A DNA stretch of 64,000 nt from Candidatus Magasanikiibacteriota bacterium (GTDB lineage Bacteria > Patescibacteriota > Patescibacteriia > Magasanikbacterales > UBA922), in contig JAKITS010000001.1 in NCBI GenBank assembly GCA_021648085.1, positions 132,948 to 196,947 on the forward strand. Reading direction: 5' to 3'. Positions 10,356 through 20,907 of the stretch are shown here, in pieces. Position 1 is the first letter of the stretch. Each line of letters begins with the position of its first letter. A model generated the notes under the pieces. That model was given only the letters and a program-made list of their open reading frames with translations. It ran no database searches and had not been told where the DNA came from. The translations under genes were made by a program, and so were the position numbers.

Positions 10356-10997
10356 ATGAAAAATGATTTTGATAGAGAATACTATGAAGACGGGCTTGTA
10401 ACTGGTAAGTCTGGCTATGTTAATTATAGGTGGATGCCAGAGTTAACAATAAAAATGGCGTATAATATTATAAAACATCTTAATCTTAAGGATGGTGAAT
10501 CTGTATTAGATTTTGGATGTGCAAAAGGTTTTGTTGTTAAATCTTTGAAGATATTAGACATAAACGCTTATGGTTGTGATATTTCATCTTATGCAATAGA
10601 TAATCTTGAAACAGAAGTTAGAAATTGTTGTAAATTGATTAATTCTGAATCAAAAAGTGTTATTCCTTTTGAAAAAAAGTTTGATTGGATTATGAGTAAG
10701 GATGTGTTAGAGCACATAAGTGAAGAGGGTCTGGATATATTTTTGGAGGAATCATTTGGTAAAACTGATAAAATGTTTCACATAATTCCTTTGGCTGATA
10801 AAAAAGGGAGTTATATAGTGCCTGATTATGAATTTGACAAAACACATATTTTGAGAAAAGATTTAAATTGGTGGATTCAAAAATTTAAATCAAAAGGGTG
10901 GAATAATGTTTCATTTGAATACAAAATAAAAGGAATAAAGGAGAATTGGACAAATAAATATGCTTTTGGGAATGCTTTTTTTATAGTTAAAAAATAA
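10356..10997 (+). CDS. Class I SAM-dependent methyltransferase
   Basis: VLDFGCAKG, DVLEH. Confidence 0.85.
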   Translation: MKNDFDREYYEDGLVTGKSGYVNYRWMPELTIKMAYNIIKHLNLKDGESVLDFGCAKGFVVKSLKILDINAYGCDISSYAIDNLETEVRNCCKLINSESKSVIPFEKKFDWIMSKDVLEHISEEGLDIFLEESFGKTDKMFHIIPLADKKGSYIVPDYEFDKTHILRKDLNWWIQKFKSKGWNNVSFEYKIKGIKENWTNKYAFGNAFFIVKK

Positions 10998-11016
10998 TTC
11001 CGTTAAAATAAAATTT

Positions 11017-11949
11017 ATGTTGAGTTTCAGTGAAAATAATGGGTTATTTCCAACGCCAATTTTATTGGTTATTTTTAATAGACCGGAAAAATTGAAAAAC
11101 TTAATGAAGATTTTGTCTCAAGTTAAACCAGAAAAATTATATATTTCTGCTGACGGCCCTAGAAAAAATAACTTAAAAGACGTGGAGTTTTGTAAAAGAG
11201 CAAGAAATATAGCAACAAATATAAACTGGCCTTGTGAAATTTACACTAATTTTGCTACAGAAAATTTAGGACTTTCTGGAAATAGAGGTTTGGAAACTGC
11301 ATTTAACTGGTTTTTTTCTATTGAACCAGAAGGTATAATTTTTGAGGATGATCATCTACCATCATTGGATTATTTTAATTATGCACAAACTCTTTTGTCT
11401 AAATATCGTGATGAGGAAAAAGTTATGATGATATGTGGAACAAATTTTCAAGGTGAGATTGAGGGTGATGGTGCAAGTTACTATTTCTCTATATATCCAA
11501 CTTGGGGGTGGGCTACTTGGAGAAGGTCGTGGGATAAATATGACCGTGAAATGAAAGGTTTAGATAGTTTTTTGAATTTAAAAAAAATTGACGAAATACT
11601 ATACAATTTAAAACAGAAAAAATATTGGATTAATTTTTTTAAAAAAATTAAAAATGGTAAGTTTCATTTTATGGATTCTAAATTAATGTTTGCAATGTGG
11701 AACTCCAATAGTGTATGTATAATACCGAATAGTAATTTAATAGAAAATATTGGTTTTGGAGAGGGTGCTACAAATACATTTGACGAGTATGGTTTGTCTA
11801 TGGTTAGAAGAGGGTTGAAAGAAATTAATCACCCAAAAACAATAACAGTAAACAGAACTGCAGATGATTTTTTTTATAACAAAGTTTGCAAAAGAAGTTT
11901 ATTCCAAAAAATTAAATACAAAATAAAATTTTTATTTAGGGAATTATAA
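11017..11949 (+). CDS. Nucleotide-diphospho-sugar transferase (GT-A fold)
   Basis: PILLVIFNRP, ADGPR, FEDD, WGWATWRRSW, NIGFG. Confidence 0.8.
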   Translation: MLSFSENNGLFPTPILLVIFNRPEKLKNLMKILSQVKPEKLYISADGPRKNNLKDVEFCKRARNIATNINWPCEIYTNFATENLGLSGNRGLETAFNWFFSIEPEGIIFEDDHLPSLDYFNYAQTLLSKYRDEEKVMMICGTNFQGEIEGDGASYYFSIYPTWGWATWRRSWDKYDREMKGLDSFLNLKKIDEILYNLKQKKYWINFFKKIKNGKFHFMDSKLMFAMWNSNSVCIIPNSNLIENIGFGEGATNTFDEYGLSMVRRGLKEINHPKTITVNRTADDFFYNKVCKRSLFQKIKYKIKFLFREL

Positions 11950-11957
11950 ATATAAAA

Positions 11958-12734
11958 ATGAAAAAAAGAATATTACACTTTATTAAATTTTTTTTACGTA
12001 AGTTTGGAGTTATAATTATTAAGCCAAAAGATGTAAATATAATAAGTAGGCTTAAAAAAAAATTTATACATAATGAAAGAAGTTTCGTGTCAGGACTAAC
12101 TAAGAGGCTGGCCGATTCTTTATATTGCCATGCTTCCCCAGGCGTTATCGAATTAATTATTGTTTATTTATCTAAATATTTAAAAAATAACAAAGAAAAT
12201 AATAAATTACTTAATCTGGGTGGAGGAACTGGACAAGTATCTGATATTTTTCGTGAGATTGGTTTCAATGTTTATAATGTGGATCTTGAAGAAAAAAATG
12301 AAAGTGAAAAAAAAATAAGGTTTGATTTAAATAGCAGTAAAGAGCTTCCGTTTTCTTCTTCTTTTTTTAATGTTGTTGTATGTTCGGAAATAATAGAACA
12401 TATTGAGAATCCATGGAAACTCTTCAGGGATGCAAAAAGGGTTTTAAAAAAAGATGGGATTTTAATAGTGACAACTCCAAATGTACAATCGTTGTATAGT
12501 AGGATTAAATTTTTGTTTAAAGGATACTTACATTGGTTTACTCTCGAATGTTTTTCTTATCATATAAATCCGGTATTTAAATGGGAAATAGACTTGATTG
12601 CAAAAAAAAATAATTTCGATGTTTTAAAAATAATGGGTAGTGGAGATTACTTTTTGTCTAGAGATAATAGAAATTATAAAAAAATTATAAGAAATAATGA
12701 AAGTTTGATTATTTTTTTAAAAAATAATGCATGA
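11958..12734 (+). CDS. Class I SAM-dependent methyltransferase (type 11-like)
   Basis: LNLGGGTG, EIIEHI, LKKDG..VTTPN. Confidence 0.85.
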   Translation: MKKRILHFIKFFLRKFGVIIIKPKDVNIISRLKKKFIHNERSFVSGLTKRLADSLYCHASPGVIELIIVYLSKYLKNNKENNKLLNLGGGTGQVSDIFREIGFNVYNVDLEEKNESEKKIRFDLNSSKELPFSSSFFNVVVCSEIIEHIENPWKLFRDAKRVLKKDGILIVTTPNVQSLYSRIKFLFKGYLHWFTLECFSYHINPVFKWEIDLIAKKNNFDVLKIMGSGDYFLSRDNRNYKKIIRNNESLIIFLKNNA

Positions 12735-13582
12735 TAGTAATTAAACTAAAAGGTGGCTTAGGAAATCAATTATTCCAATATGCATTTGGGAGCCTTCTTG
12801 CTTCTAAAAGAAAAGAGGAACTGTTTTTGGATAAAGATATTTTAGGTGCTAAAAAAGATAGTTATCGTCAGTGTGGTTTAAAACATTTTAACATTGGTAA
12901 TAGTATCGTTACTTTTAATGAAGTGCAGAAAATTAAATATCCTTTTGGTATTATTTCAAAAATTTGGCGTGGATTTAAAGGTAAAATACTGAAAATACAT
13001 AATGTTGGCTGGAATCCACGAATTTTGAATTCTAAAAAGAGTTATTTTGATGGGTATTGGCAGAGTTATAAATATCCAAAAATAATAAGGGAGAAATTAT
13101 TAAAAGAGCTTACTCTTAAAAACCCTATTAAAGATAAATATTATAATATTTTGGAAAAAATTAATAACTCAAATTCAATTTCTTTACATGTCAGAAGGGG
13201 GGATTATGTGAATAATCAAAAAACTGCCAAGGTTCATAATATTTGTAATTTAGAATATTATGAAAAGGCAATAGAAAAAATTTCTAAAAAAATAGACAGT
13301 CCAATATTTTTCATTTTTTCTGACGATATTGGGTGGGTAAAAAATAATTTGAAAATTAAAAATTCTACATTTTTTGTTTCTGACACAAATATTGAAGATT
13401 ATGAGGAGTTAATAATAATGAGTAAATGTAAACATAATATTATTGCGAATAGTACATTTAGTTGGTGGGGTGCTTGGTTAAATCAAAATAAAACTAAAAT
13501 AGTCATCGCACCTGCTAAATGGAATAATAAATATCAAAAAAAATATAAAGACTTAATTCCACCAAGTTGGATAAAAATATAA
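12731..13582 (+). CDS. Alpha-1,2-fucosyltransferase (GT11)
   Basis: GGLGNQLFQYA, GYWQS, HVRRGDY, NSTFSWWGAWL. Confidence 0.92.
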   Translation: MIVIKLKGGLGNQLFQYAFGSLLASKRKEELFLDKDILGAKKDSYRQCGLKHFNIGNSIVTFNEVQKIKYPFGIISKIWRGFKGKILKIHNVGWNPRILNSKKSYFDGYWQSYKYPKIIREKLLKELTLKNPIKDKYYNILEKINNSNSISLHVRRGDYVNNQKTAKVHNICNLEYYEKAIEKISKKIDSPIFFIFSDDIGWVKNNLKIKNSTFFVSDTNIEDYEELIIMSKCKHNIIANSTFSWWGAWLNQNKTKIVIAPAKWNNKYQKKYKDLIPPSWIKI

Positions 13583-13583
13583 T

Positions 13584-14363
13584 ATGAACTTGTTTAAAAT
13601 CAGTATAATAATGATAAATTATAATCGTACTGAGTATATAAAAGAAGCTATACAGAGCGTTTTAGACCAATCACTCAAAGATTGGGAACTTGTAATTGTT
13701 GACGATGGCTCTACTGATTCTAGTGAAAATATTATAAAATCATTCAGTGAAAAAGATGATAGAATTGTTTATTTTAAAAATGAAGAGAATTTAGGAATAG
13801 TATATTCTAGGAATAAGACATTAAAAAATTCAAAAGCTGATTTAGTTGCAGTGTTAGATAGTGATGATATTTGGGTGGATAATTTTAAATTAGAGAAGCA
13901 AGTTGGTAAATTTAAAGAAAATAAAAATCTTGTTTTGGTTGGCGGTGGTGTTATTGAGATAGATAAAAACGGAAAAGAGAAAAAAAGATATTTAAATCCT
14001 AATAGCGATGAAAAAATACGAAAAAATATTTTATTTAAAAATCCTTTTGCGCATTCTAGTGTAATGTTTAAGAAAAGTATTGTGGAAGGTGTTGGAGGTT
14101 ATAATAATCTAGAGATAGGTGAAGATTATGATCTGTGGTTGCGTTTGGGAAAAGAGGGTAAATTTTTAAATTTAGATGACTATCTTGTAAAATATAGAGT
14201 GCATAGCAAAAATACCTGCAACACAAAAATTATTCAGGCCTTAAAAAATAATATAATTTTAGTGTTGAAATATAGAAAATTTTATGGTAGATTTTATATT
14301 GCTATAACAAGACGATTATTTCGTTATATTGTTGGTTTGGTTTTATTTAAAACAAAAAGATGA
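13584..14363 (+). CDS. Glycosyltransferase family 2
   Basis: VDDGSTD, LDSDD, EDYDLWLR. Confidence 0.9.
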   Translation: MNLFKISIIMINYNRTEYIKEAIQSVLDQSLKDWELVIVDDGSTDSSENIIKSFSEKDDRIVYFKNEENLGIVYSRNKTLKNSKADLVAVLDSDDIWVDNFKLEKQVGKFKENKNLVLVGGGVIEIDKNGKEKKRYLNPNSDEKIRKNILFKNPFAHSSVMFKKSIVEGVGGYNNLEIGEDYDLWLRLGKEGKFLNLDDYLVKYRVHSKNTCNTKIIQALKNNIILVLKYRKFYGRFYIAITRRLFRYIVGLVLFKTKR

Positions 14364-15472
14364 AAATTCTTTATTTAATTACAAAATCAGAACAGGGTGG
14401 GGCGCAAACACATGTGGCTCAGCTTATGAAACACTTCAAAGAAAAGGATTGGGATATAACTTTGATGTCATCTTCGCAAGACGGCTGGCTTGGAAAAAAG
14501 GCGGCTGATTTTGGTGTTGATTTTATACCGAGTAAATACTTAACCAATACTATAAATCCACTAAAAGTTTGGAAGAGCTTTTTGGAAATTCGCAAGGTTG
14601 TAAATAAGACTAATCCGGACATTGTTCATTGTCATAGTTTTTTTGCTGGTTTCCTCGGGAGGCTTGCTGTAAAAGGTAAATATCCTACAATTTTTACACC
14701 ACACGGTTGGGGTTTCAATGTTGGGGTTTCTTTTTTTCGCAAACATTTTGCAATTCAAGTCGAAAGATTTTCTAGTCGTTTTACAAACAAAATACTTTGT
14801 GTTTCAGAATATGGAAAGAAACTAGCTATTCAATATAAAATAGATAAACCAGAAAAATTTATTGTAATTTATAATGGAATTGAAGATGTTTTACCAACTA
14901 TCGAATGCGCTAAAACACTAAGTGAAAAAGTGAATTTTGTCTTTGTTGGAAGATTGACAGAACCAAAAAAGCCTTCATTTCTATTAAAAGCAATTACTCT
15001 TTTACCAGAAGATATAAAACAAAAAGTTAATGTGACAATAATAGGAAAAGGTGAGAAAGAAAAAGAAATAAAAGAATTTATAATTAAAAACAATTTAGAA
15101 AAAACAGTAATTCTAAAAGGTCTTTTGTCTAGAGAGGATGTTTTTGATCAGCTTTGCAATAAGACTGATGTTTTTACCTTATTTTCAAAGTGGGAAGGTC
15201 TGCCAATTACTATTCTAGAGGCTATGAGCGCCAGCTTGCCGGTAGTAGCATCGAAAGTTGGAGGAATACCCGAGCTTGTCTCAAAAACTAATGGTTTCTT
15301 AATTGAGCGAGATGATATAAATTCTTTGGTAAACGCTATAACAACTCTTGTAAAAGAAAGTGATTTAAGAATAGAAATGGGTAAAAATTCAAGAAAAAAA
15401 ATACAGGAAAATTTCACCCTATCTATAATGTTTAGTAAAGTGGAAGAAGAGTATAATAATTTGTTAAAATAA
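14360..15472 (+). CDS. Glycosyltransferase family 4
   Basis: GGAQ, FVGRL, EGLPITILEAM, GGIPE. Confidence 0.9.
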   Translation: MKILYLITKSEQGGAQTHVAQLMKHFKEKDWDITLMSSSQDGWLGKKAADFGVDFIPSKYLTNTINPLKVWKSFLEIRKVVNKTNPDIVHCHSFFAGFLGRLAVKGKYPTIFTPHGWGFNVGVSFFRKHFAIQVERFSSRFTNKILCVSEYGKKLAIQYKIDKPEKFIVIYNGIEDVLPTIECAKTLSEKVNFVFVGRLTEPKKPSFLLKAITLLPEDIKQKVNVTIIGKGEKEKEIKEFIIKNNLEKTVILKGLLSREDVFDQLCNKTDVFTLFSKWEGLPITILEAMSASLPVVASKVGGIPELVSKTNGFLIERDDINSLVNAITTLVKESDLRIEMGKNSRKKIQENFTLSIMFSKVEEEYNNLLK

Positions 15473-15476
15473 TTTT

Positions 15477-16157
15477 ATGAAGATTGTTTTGATTGGATAT
15501 GGTGAAATAGGAAGTTCATTGTACGAGGTTTTTTCTAATTATGCACAAATAGAAATTTGTGATATTGATAAAAAAGTAGAAGGGAAGTTTGATATGATGT
15601 TTGTGGCAATTCCATATACAGAAAATTTTGTGGAGATTGTAAAAAATTACCAACTAAAACACAAGCCAAAAAGTACTATAATCTTCTCAACAGTTGCAAT
15701 TGGTACTTCAAGTCAGCTGGGTGCTGTACATTCTCCGGTTGAGGGAATGCACCCCACACTTGCAGATAGTATTCGTAGGGCTATAAGATGGGTTGGTGGT
15801 GAATCTACTGATTTTATCGGTCTTTTGGAAAAAGCTGGGATCAAGTTTAAGCAAGTCAAAAAACCAGAACATACAGAATTTTTAAAATTAAGATCCACTT
15901 CTCTTTATGGTGTGAATATTGAGTATGCTAGATATTGTAAAAAAGTAGCAGATGAAATAGAAATGGATTTTGAATATGTAAAAGATTTCGATTTGGATTA
16001 TAATAAACTATATAGAGATTTGGGAAAAGTTAATTATCAACGATATATATTAAATCCACCAGAAGGTAAAATAGGTGGACATTGTGTAGTGCCAAATGCA
16101 AAGATGCTTGATAGTCAATTCCCAGATGATTTTTTAAAAAAAATATTTAAAGATTAA
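15477..16157 (+). CDS. Short UDP-glucose/GDP-mannose dehydrogenase-like protein (no C-terminal domain)
   Basis: GYGEIG Rossmann motif, STV, EFLK, GGHCV catalytic Cys motif; only 226 aa. Confidence 0.65.
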   Translation: MKIVLIGYGEIGSSLYEVFSNYAQIEICDIDKKVEGKFDMMFVAIPYTENFVEIVKNYQLKHKPKSTIIFSTVAIGTSSQLGAVHSPVEGMHPTLADSIRRAIRWVGGESTDFIGLLEKAGIKFKQVKKPEHTEFLKLRSTSLYGVNIEYARYCKKVADEIEMDFEYVKDFDLDYNKLYRDLGKVNYQRYILNPPEGKIGGHCVVPNAKMLDSQFPDDFLKKIFKD

Positions 16158-16161
16158 ACAT

Positions 16162-17064
16162 ATGTCAAAATGTATTGTAACAGGTGGAGCGGGTTTTATA
16201 GGGTCTCATATCACAGATAAATTAATTGAACTCGGAAACGAGGTTTTAGTAATAGATAATTTAAGCTTGGGTAAAAAAGAATTTGTTAATTCAAAAGCTG
16301 AATTCCACCAAGTGGATATAAGAAATTTTGAGGAAATTAAAAATTTATTTGAAGGTGTTGGGGTTGTTTTTCATTTGGCAGCCGAGCCAAGACTTCCAAT
16401 TTCTATCGAAAAACCAATTGAAACTAACGATATAAATGTAAGTGGAACTTTGAATATACTTGAAGCTTCTAGGTTAGCGGGTGTAAAAAAAGTAGTTTTC
16501 TCTTCTTCTTGTGCTGTTTATGGAGATTGTGCGGTTATGCCAATTACTGAGAATTATCATAAAAATCCAAAAAGCCCCTATGGACTTCATAAATTGATAG
16601 GTGAGCAATACATGAAACTATACTCAGAACTGTTTGATTTGCCGACAGTTTGCTTAAGATATTTCAATGTCTACGGTCCTAGAAAATTGGCAGATGGGGG
16701 ATATCCAATGGTTATACCTGTATTTTTAAAGCAAATTGCAGAAGGTAAAAAAATGACAGTAATTGGAACAGGAGAAAATACAAGAGATTATGTCCATGTA
16801 AATGATGTTGCAGATGCAAATGTAAAAGCATGGGAATCAGAAGTTGTAAACGGAGAGTCTATAAATATAGGATTTGGAGAACAGACTAGTGTAAATAAAA
16901 TTGCAGAACATATTGGAGGTGAGAAAGAGTATCTTGAGCCTCGTATTGGAGAAATGTGTCGTGCCCAAGCTAATATTGAAAAAGCAAAAGAACTTCTAAA
17001 TTGGGAACCAGCTGTAAAATTTGAAGAGGGTATTGCTGGGTTAAAAAAAGAAATGGGGCTTTAA
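16162..17064 (+). CDS. NAD-dependent nucleotide-sugar epimerase/dehydratase
   Basis: TGGAGFIG, SSS..VYG, YGLHK (YxxxK), RYFNVYGP. Confidence 0.92.
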   Translation: MSKCIVTGGAGFIGSHITDKLIELGNEVLVIDNLSLGKKEFVNSKAEFHQVDIRNFEEIKNLFEGVGVVFHLAAEPRLPISIEKPIETNDINVSGTLNILEASRLAGVKKVVFSSSCAVYGDCAVMPITENYHKNPKSPYGLHKLIGEQYMKLYSELFDLPTVCLRYFNVYGPRKLADGGYPMVIPVFLKQIAEGKKMTVIGTGENTRDYVHVNDVADANVKAWESEVVNGESINIGFGEQTSVNKIAEHIGGEKEYLEPRIGEMCRAQANIEKAKELLNWEPAVKFEEGIAGLKKEMGL

Positions 17065-17072
17065 GAATAAAT

Positions 17073-17113
17073 TATAAAAAAAACACCGAGGCAAGTCTCG
17101 GTGTTTTTTTATA
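17073..17113. terminator. Bidirectional intrinsic terminator
   Basis: A-tract CACCGAG-gcaagt-CTCGGTG T-tract between convergent genes. Confidence 0.85.
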
Positions 17114-17126
17114 TGTAAGTTTTTTT

Positions 17127-17280
17127 GTCATTCCTCTTAATTACAAAGCAGTCTTAGTATTTAATTCTTAGTTCTATTTTACAAACCCTGGATACCTAAT
17201 CGAGTTGAGGATGACAGTAAGAAAAGTTATTTTGAATCGAGATCCATTCGACTCCGCTTTGCTTCGCTCAGGATGACGTG
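17127..17280. repeat. REP cluster (degenerate family B pair plus one family A unit)
   Basis: CTGGATACCTAATCGAGTTGAGGATGAC and GAGATCCATTCGAC...TTCGCTCAGGATGAC match copies elsewhere in the window. Confidence 0.75.
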
Positions 17281-17389
17281 TGGAAACAAATTTACAAATT
17301 TTGGATCCCAATCAAATTAAAAATGTCAATGTTAGGTTTTTTGTTTTGTATTATGTTCTGTGTCTTTCCTTATTTAGTCTACTGTTTTC

Positions 17390-18778
17390 TTATTGCCCCA
17401 TAAATCTAATCACCAAATTCACAGTTTTTAATAAAATAGACACGTCCAAAAATATAGATCGGTTTTTTATATAAAACAAATCGTATTGAAGTTTTTGTAA
17501 TGAGCTTTCCATTGTGTCGGTATAGTTTTGGTTTATTACAGCCCAGCCAGTTAATCCGGGTTTTACGACATGTCGCAGTGAATAATATGGCATTTGTTCT
17601 TCTAGTTTTTTTGTTATTTCAGGTCTTTCTGGACGTGGTCCCACTAGTCCAATTTCTCCTTTTAGCATGTTTATTGCTTGTGGCAATTCGTCCAATCTGG
17701 TTTTTCTTAGGAATTTACCAAAACTTGTGATTCGTTTATCACCCTTTTTTGCAAAAGTAGCACCATCTATTTCGGCACTTCCATCTTTTGACAGAGCAAA
17801 CATAGATCTAAATTTGTAGATCATAAAGTGTTTTCCGAAGCGACCAATTCGTTTTTGTTTGAAAAAAACAGGCCCTTTTGATGTTGCTTTAATACCTATT
17901 GCAATAAAAGGAAGTGCTAGAGCAAATATAATAAAAATAAGTACAGCTCCAAAAAAGTCTAAAACAGTTTTAAATTTTTCATACACTGTGTTTTCATGAT
18001 GTCGGAGGTGTTGCAAAAACCAACCTTCAGAAAAAGTAAATGGAGGAATTCTACCCGTCGCAACTTCATAAAAAGATGATAAATCATTGATTTGTACTTT
18101 CCAAAAAAGCAATTCATAAAATTCGCGCATTGCATGATGATCGTCTTTTAAATTTGGAGATATTACTACTAAATGTGCATTATGATTTGTAATTGCCGGT
18201 CTTATTGTATTTAAATTGTAATAAACATCAAAAGAAAATTCAGATGATTTTATGATCTTGTTTGGCTCTATTAATCCTACAATTTTATAGCCTCTTTCTG
18301 GATTTTTTTCGAAAATATCTATTAATTCTTTTGCGTCTTTAGTATAACCAACTAAAAGAACATTTGTTTGTAGTTTTCTTATTCCAGAAAATTTTCTAAA
18401 TAAAAGTCTCCATAAAAAACTTAAACTATATCCAGTAAACACATTTAAAAGTAGTAGTGTTTTTGGAGCTATTTTTGAATTATTTATTAGGTAGAAAAAG
18501 AACACTCCAACAACTAGTGACAGTATGGCAGTCTCCACAAAACGACGATAAAAGGTTTCTTTTTTTGATATTTTAATAAGATCGTATAGACCGTTTATAT
18601 AATTGTTCAAAATCCAAATTATAAAAATAACACTAAATAGGGGTAAGTGTGATTCTATTTTTTCTAATGTGGGTAAGTGAAAGTTTCGTATTAAAAAACT
18701 TAACCAAAATCCGACCAAAAGACTTAGAATATCTCCAGAAAGTAAAATTATTTGTTTGAATCTATAAATAAAACGCAT
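17390..18778 (-). CDS. Priming undecaprenyl-phosphate sugar phosphotransferase (WbaP/WcaJ family)
   Basis: N-terminal TM helices, YKFRSM, LDELPQ, VGPRPE, KPGLTGWA. Confidence 0.92.
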   Translation of the reverse strand: MRFIYRFKQIILLSGDILSLLVGFWLSFLIRNFHLPTLEKIESHLPLFSVIFIIWILNNYINGLYDLIKISKKETFYRRFVETAILSLVVGVFFFYLINNSKIAPKTLLLLNVFTGYSLSFLWRLLFRKFSGIRKLQTNVLLVGYTKDAKELIDIFEKNPERGYKIVGLIEPNKIIKSSEFSFDVYYNLNTIRPAITNHNAHLVVISPNLKDDHHAMREFYELLFWKVQINDLSSFYEVATGRIPPFTFSEGWFLQHLRHHENTVYEKFKTVLDFFGAVLIFIIFALALPFIAIGIKATSKGPVFFKQKRIGRFGKHFMIYKFRSMFALSKDGSAEIDGATFAKKGDKRITSFGKFLRKTRLDELPQAINMLKGEIGLVGPRPERPEITKKLEEQMPYYSLRHVVKPGLTGWAVINQNYTDTMESSLQKLQYDLFYIKNRSIFLDVSILLKTVNLVIRFMGQ

Positions 18779-18855
18779 GATGTTTGTTTGCTCTCAATGG
18801 TAAAATGGTATATTATATAAGTAAAGTTACTATTAGTTTATATTGAATTTATAGC

Positions 18856-20883
18856 ATGTTTATGGAAAAAAGACAAGGTTTATTCTGTTTATTTTTTACT
18901 ACTTTAGTCATTATTTTGTTGCCAAATGTTTTGTTTGCACAAGTTTCAAATGATCCAAATGTGAAACAGTGGAGTTATAATGATTTGGGACTCTATAAAG
19001 CTTGGGCTAGTGAAACAGGATCAAAAGATGTTGTAGTTGCGATAATTGATAACGGTTTTGATACTTTTCACCCAGATCTTTATGATAATGTTTGGAAAAA
19101 TTCAGGTGAAATAGCTGGAAACAACATAGATGACGATAAAAACGGATATATAGACGATATTTGGGGTTGGAATTTTTCTTATAAAGATTTAGATGGGAGT
19201 GGTGGTATTTCGGCAGAAGAATCTTTTGGTAATAACGACCCAAGACCAAGTGCTTTTGATATTCCAGCTGTAGAAGATTTTATACATCACGGTACGTTAG
19301 TTGCTGGAATTATTGGATCTGTTGGAAATAATCTAACAGATGGTGTGGGTGTAAATTGGAATGTAAGTCTAATGAATTTGAAGGTAGTTGAAAGTAATGG
19401 AGATGGCTCTGCTAGTGCCTTGGTAAATGCAATTAGATATGCAGTAGATAACAATGCAGATGTGATAAACATAAGTATGGTGACTGGTCTTTTCGACGAA
19501 AAAATAAATGACGCTATAAAATATGCTTATGAAAACAATGTTGCCGTTGTCGCTGCAGCAGGAAATAACTCAAGATCATTAAATGTATCACCTCTTTATC
19601 CTGTTTGTACAGATGAAAAAACAGGGAAAAGAATGGTTTTGGGAGTGAGTGCTATGAATGAAGACCATAGAAAAGCTTTTTTCTCTAACTTTGGATCAAA
19701 CTGTATAGACATCACAGCTCCTGGTACAAATATAGCCAGTACAATGCGTTATGCTCCTCGTTATGGTCTTACAGAACAGTACGGTGGAGGGTGGAGTGGA
19801 ACTTCTTTTGCAACTCCTTTTGTGAGTGGAGCTCTTGCGCTTGTAAAATCTATTCAACCAAGCTGGGGTGTGGATAAACTTTTTGATGCTGTACTTTCTA
19901 CTGTTCACAGAACACCTCCAAAAGATCCAGAGTCTTATGCTCATTTGTTTGGAGCTGGTCTTTTGCAAATAGATAAGGCTGTAAAATTTGCAATGGAAAG
20001 TTTACCAGAAGTTCCAAAAGGAAATACTGTGGTTGCAGTAGACTTGAAAACGGGTTTAATTGAGTACAACGATTTAAAAAAAGAAGAGATTAGTCTGTTT
20101 ACAAAAAAAACAATTGCAGGTATAAATTCAATTACTTCATTTGTTGATAATGGACAGACAAAATTTGCAACTATAAAAAGAGAAAATGGTAAGGTAAAAA
20201 TAAGTATTTTAAATAGTGATTTTAAGGTTGAAAGCTCATTCAATGTGCCATTGTTTAGTAGTGATTTGGGTATAAAAGTCGGAAATGTTTTGGGTAGTGC
20301 AGAGTATGAAATAATATTATTTCCAAAATACAGCTCATTTACAACTTTTATTATTTATAGTAAAACTGGAGAATATCTAGACTCTAAAGAGGTAAAAATA
20401 AAACACACTGGAGTTTCACTAGATTTGGTAAACGGGGTTGAAAAAACAGAAATTGTGCTTGTTTATAAAAATGCTGACGGAAAATTTTCATTGAAGCATT
20501 TTGATACCAATTTAGCAGAAAAAAAGGAGATTCCACTATCTTTCTTCAAGGTTTTGCCAAATTTTAATGTTGGAGATCTAGATGGAGATAAAAAAGAAGA
20601 ATTTGTTGTTTCGTCTCGCAAAAACCAAGAGCCATTTGTGTCAATTTATGAACAAAACGGGGATTGGAGTAGAACATTTTATGCAAATTCGCCATCTTAT
20701 ACTGGTGGTTTTTCTTCCACAATTATAGATTATGACAATGATGGGAAAGATGATATTGTATTAAATTTATTATCAGGAGAAAAAAAGATTTCTGTTTGGA
20801 ATTATAGGTCAAAAAAGATAGGTAAGTGGGTTCCATTTAACGGAAAAAATGTGTCAAATGCTCATCTATTTGCTATTAAATAA
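18856..20883 (+). CDS. Secreted S8 subtilisin-like serine peptidase with C-terminal FG-GAP-like repeats
   Basis: Signal peptide; triad motifs IIDNG / HGTLVAG / GTSFATP; GDLDGDKKEE and DYDNDGKDD repeats. Confidence 0.9.
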   Translation: MFMEKRQGLFCLFFTTLVIILLPNVLFAQVSNDPNVKQWSYNDLGLYKAWASETGSKDVVVAIIDNGFDTFHPDLYDNVWKNSGEIAGNNIDDDKNGYIDDIWGWNFSYKDLDGSGGISAEESFGNNDPRPSAFDIPAVEDFIHHGTLVAGIIGSVGNNLTDGVGVNWNVSLMNLKVVESNGDGSASALVNAIRYAVDNNADVINISMVTGLFDEKINDAIKYAYENNVAVVAAAGNNSRSLNVSPLYPVCTDEKTGKRMVLGVSAMNEDHRKAFFSNFGSNCIDITAPGTNIASTMRYAPRYGLTEQYGGGWSGTSFATPFVSGALALVKSIQPSWGVDKLFDAVLSTVHRTPPKDPESYAHLFGAGLLQIDKAVKFAMESLPEVPKGNTVVAVDLKTGLIEYNDLKKEEISLFTKKTIAGINSITSFVDNGQTKFATIKRENGKVKISILNSDFKVESSFNVPLFSSDLGIKVGNVLGSAEYEIILFPKYSSFTTFIIYSKTGEYLDSKEVKIKHTGVSLDLVNGVEKTEIVLVYKNADGKFSLKHFDTNLAEKKEIPLSFFKVLPNFNVGDLDGDKKEEFVVSSRKNQEPFVSIYEQNGDWSRTFYANSPSYTGGFSSTIIDYDNDGKDDIVLNLLSGEKKISVWNYRSKKIGKWVPFNGKNVSNAHLFAIK

Positions 20884-20907
20884 ATACTTTAAAGTAATTT
20901 TATTTTT

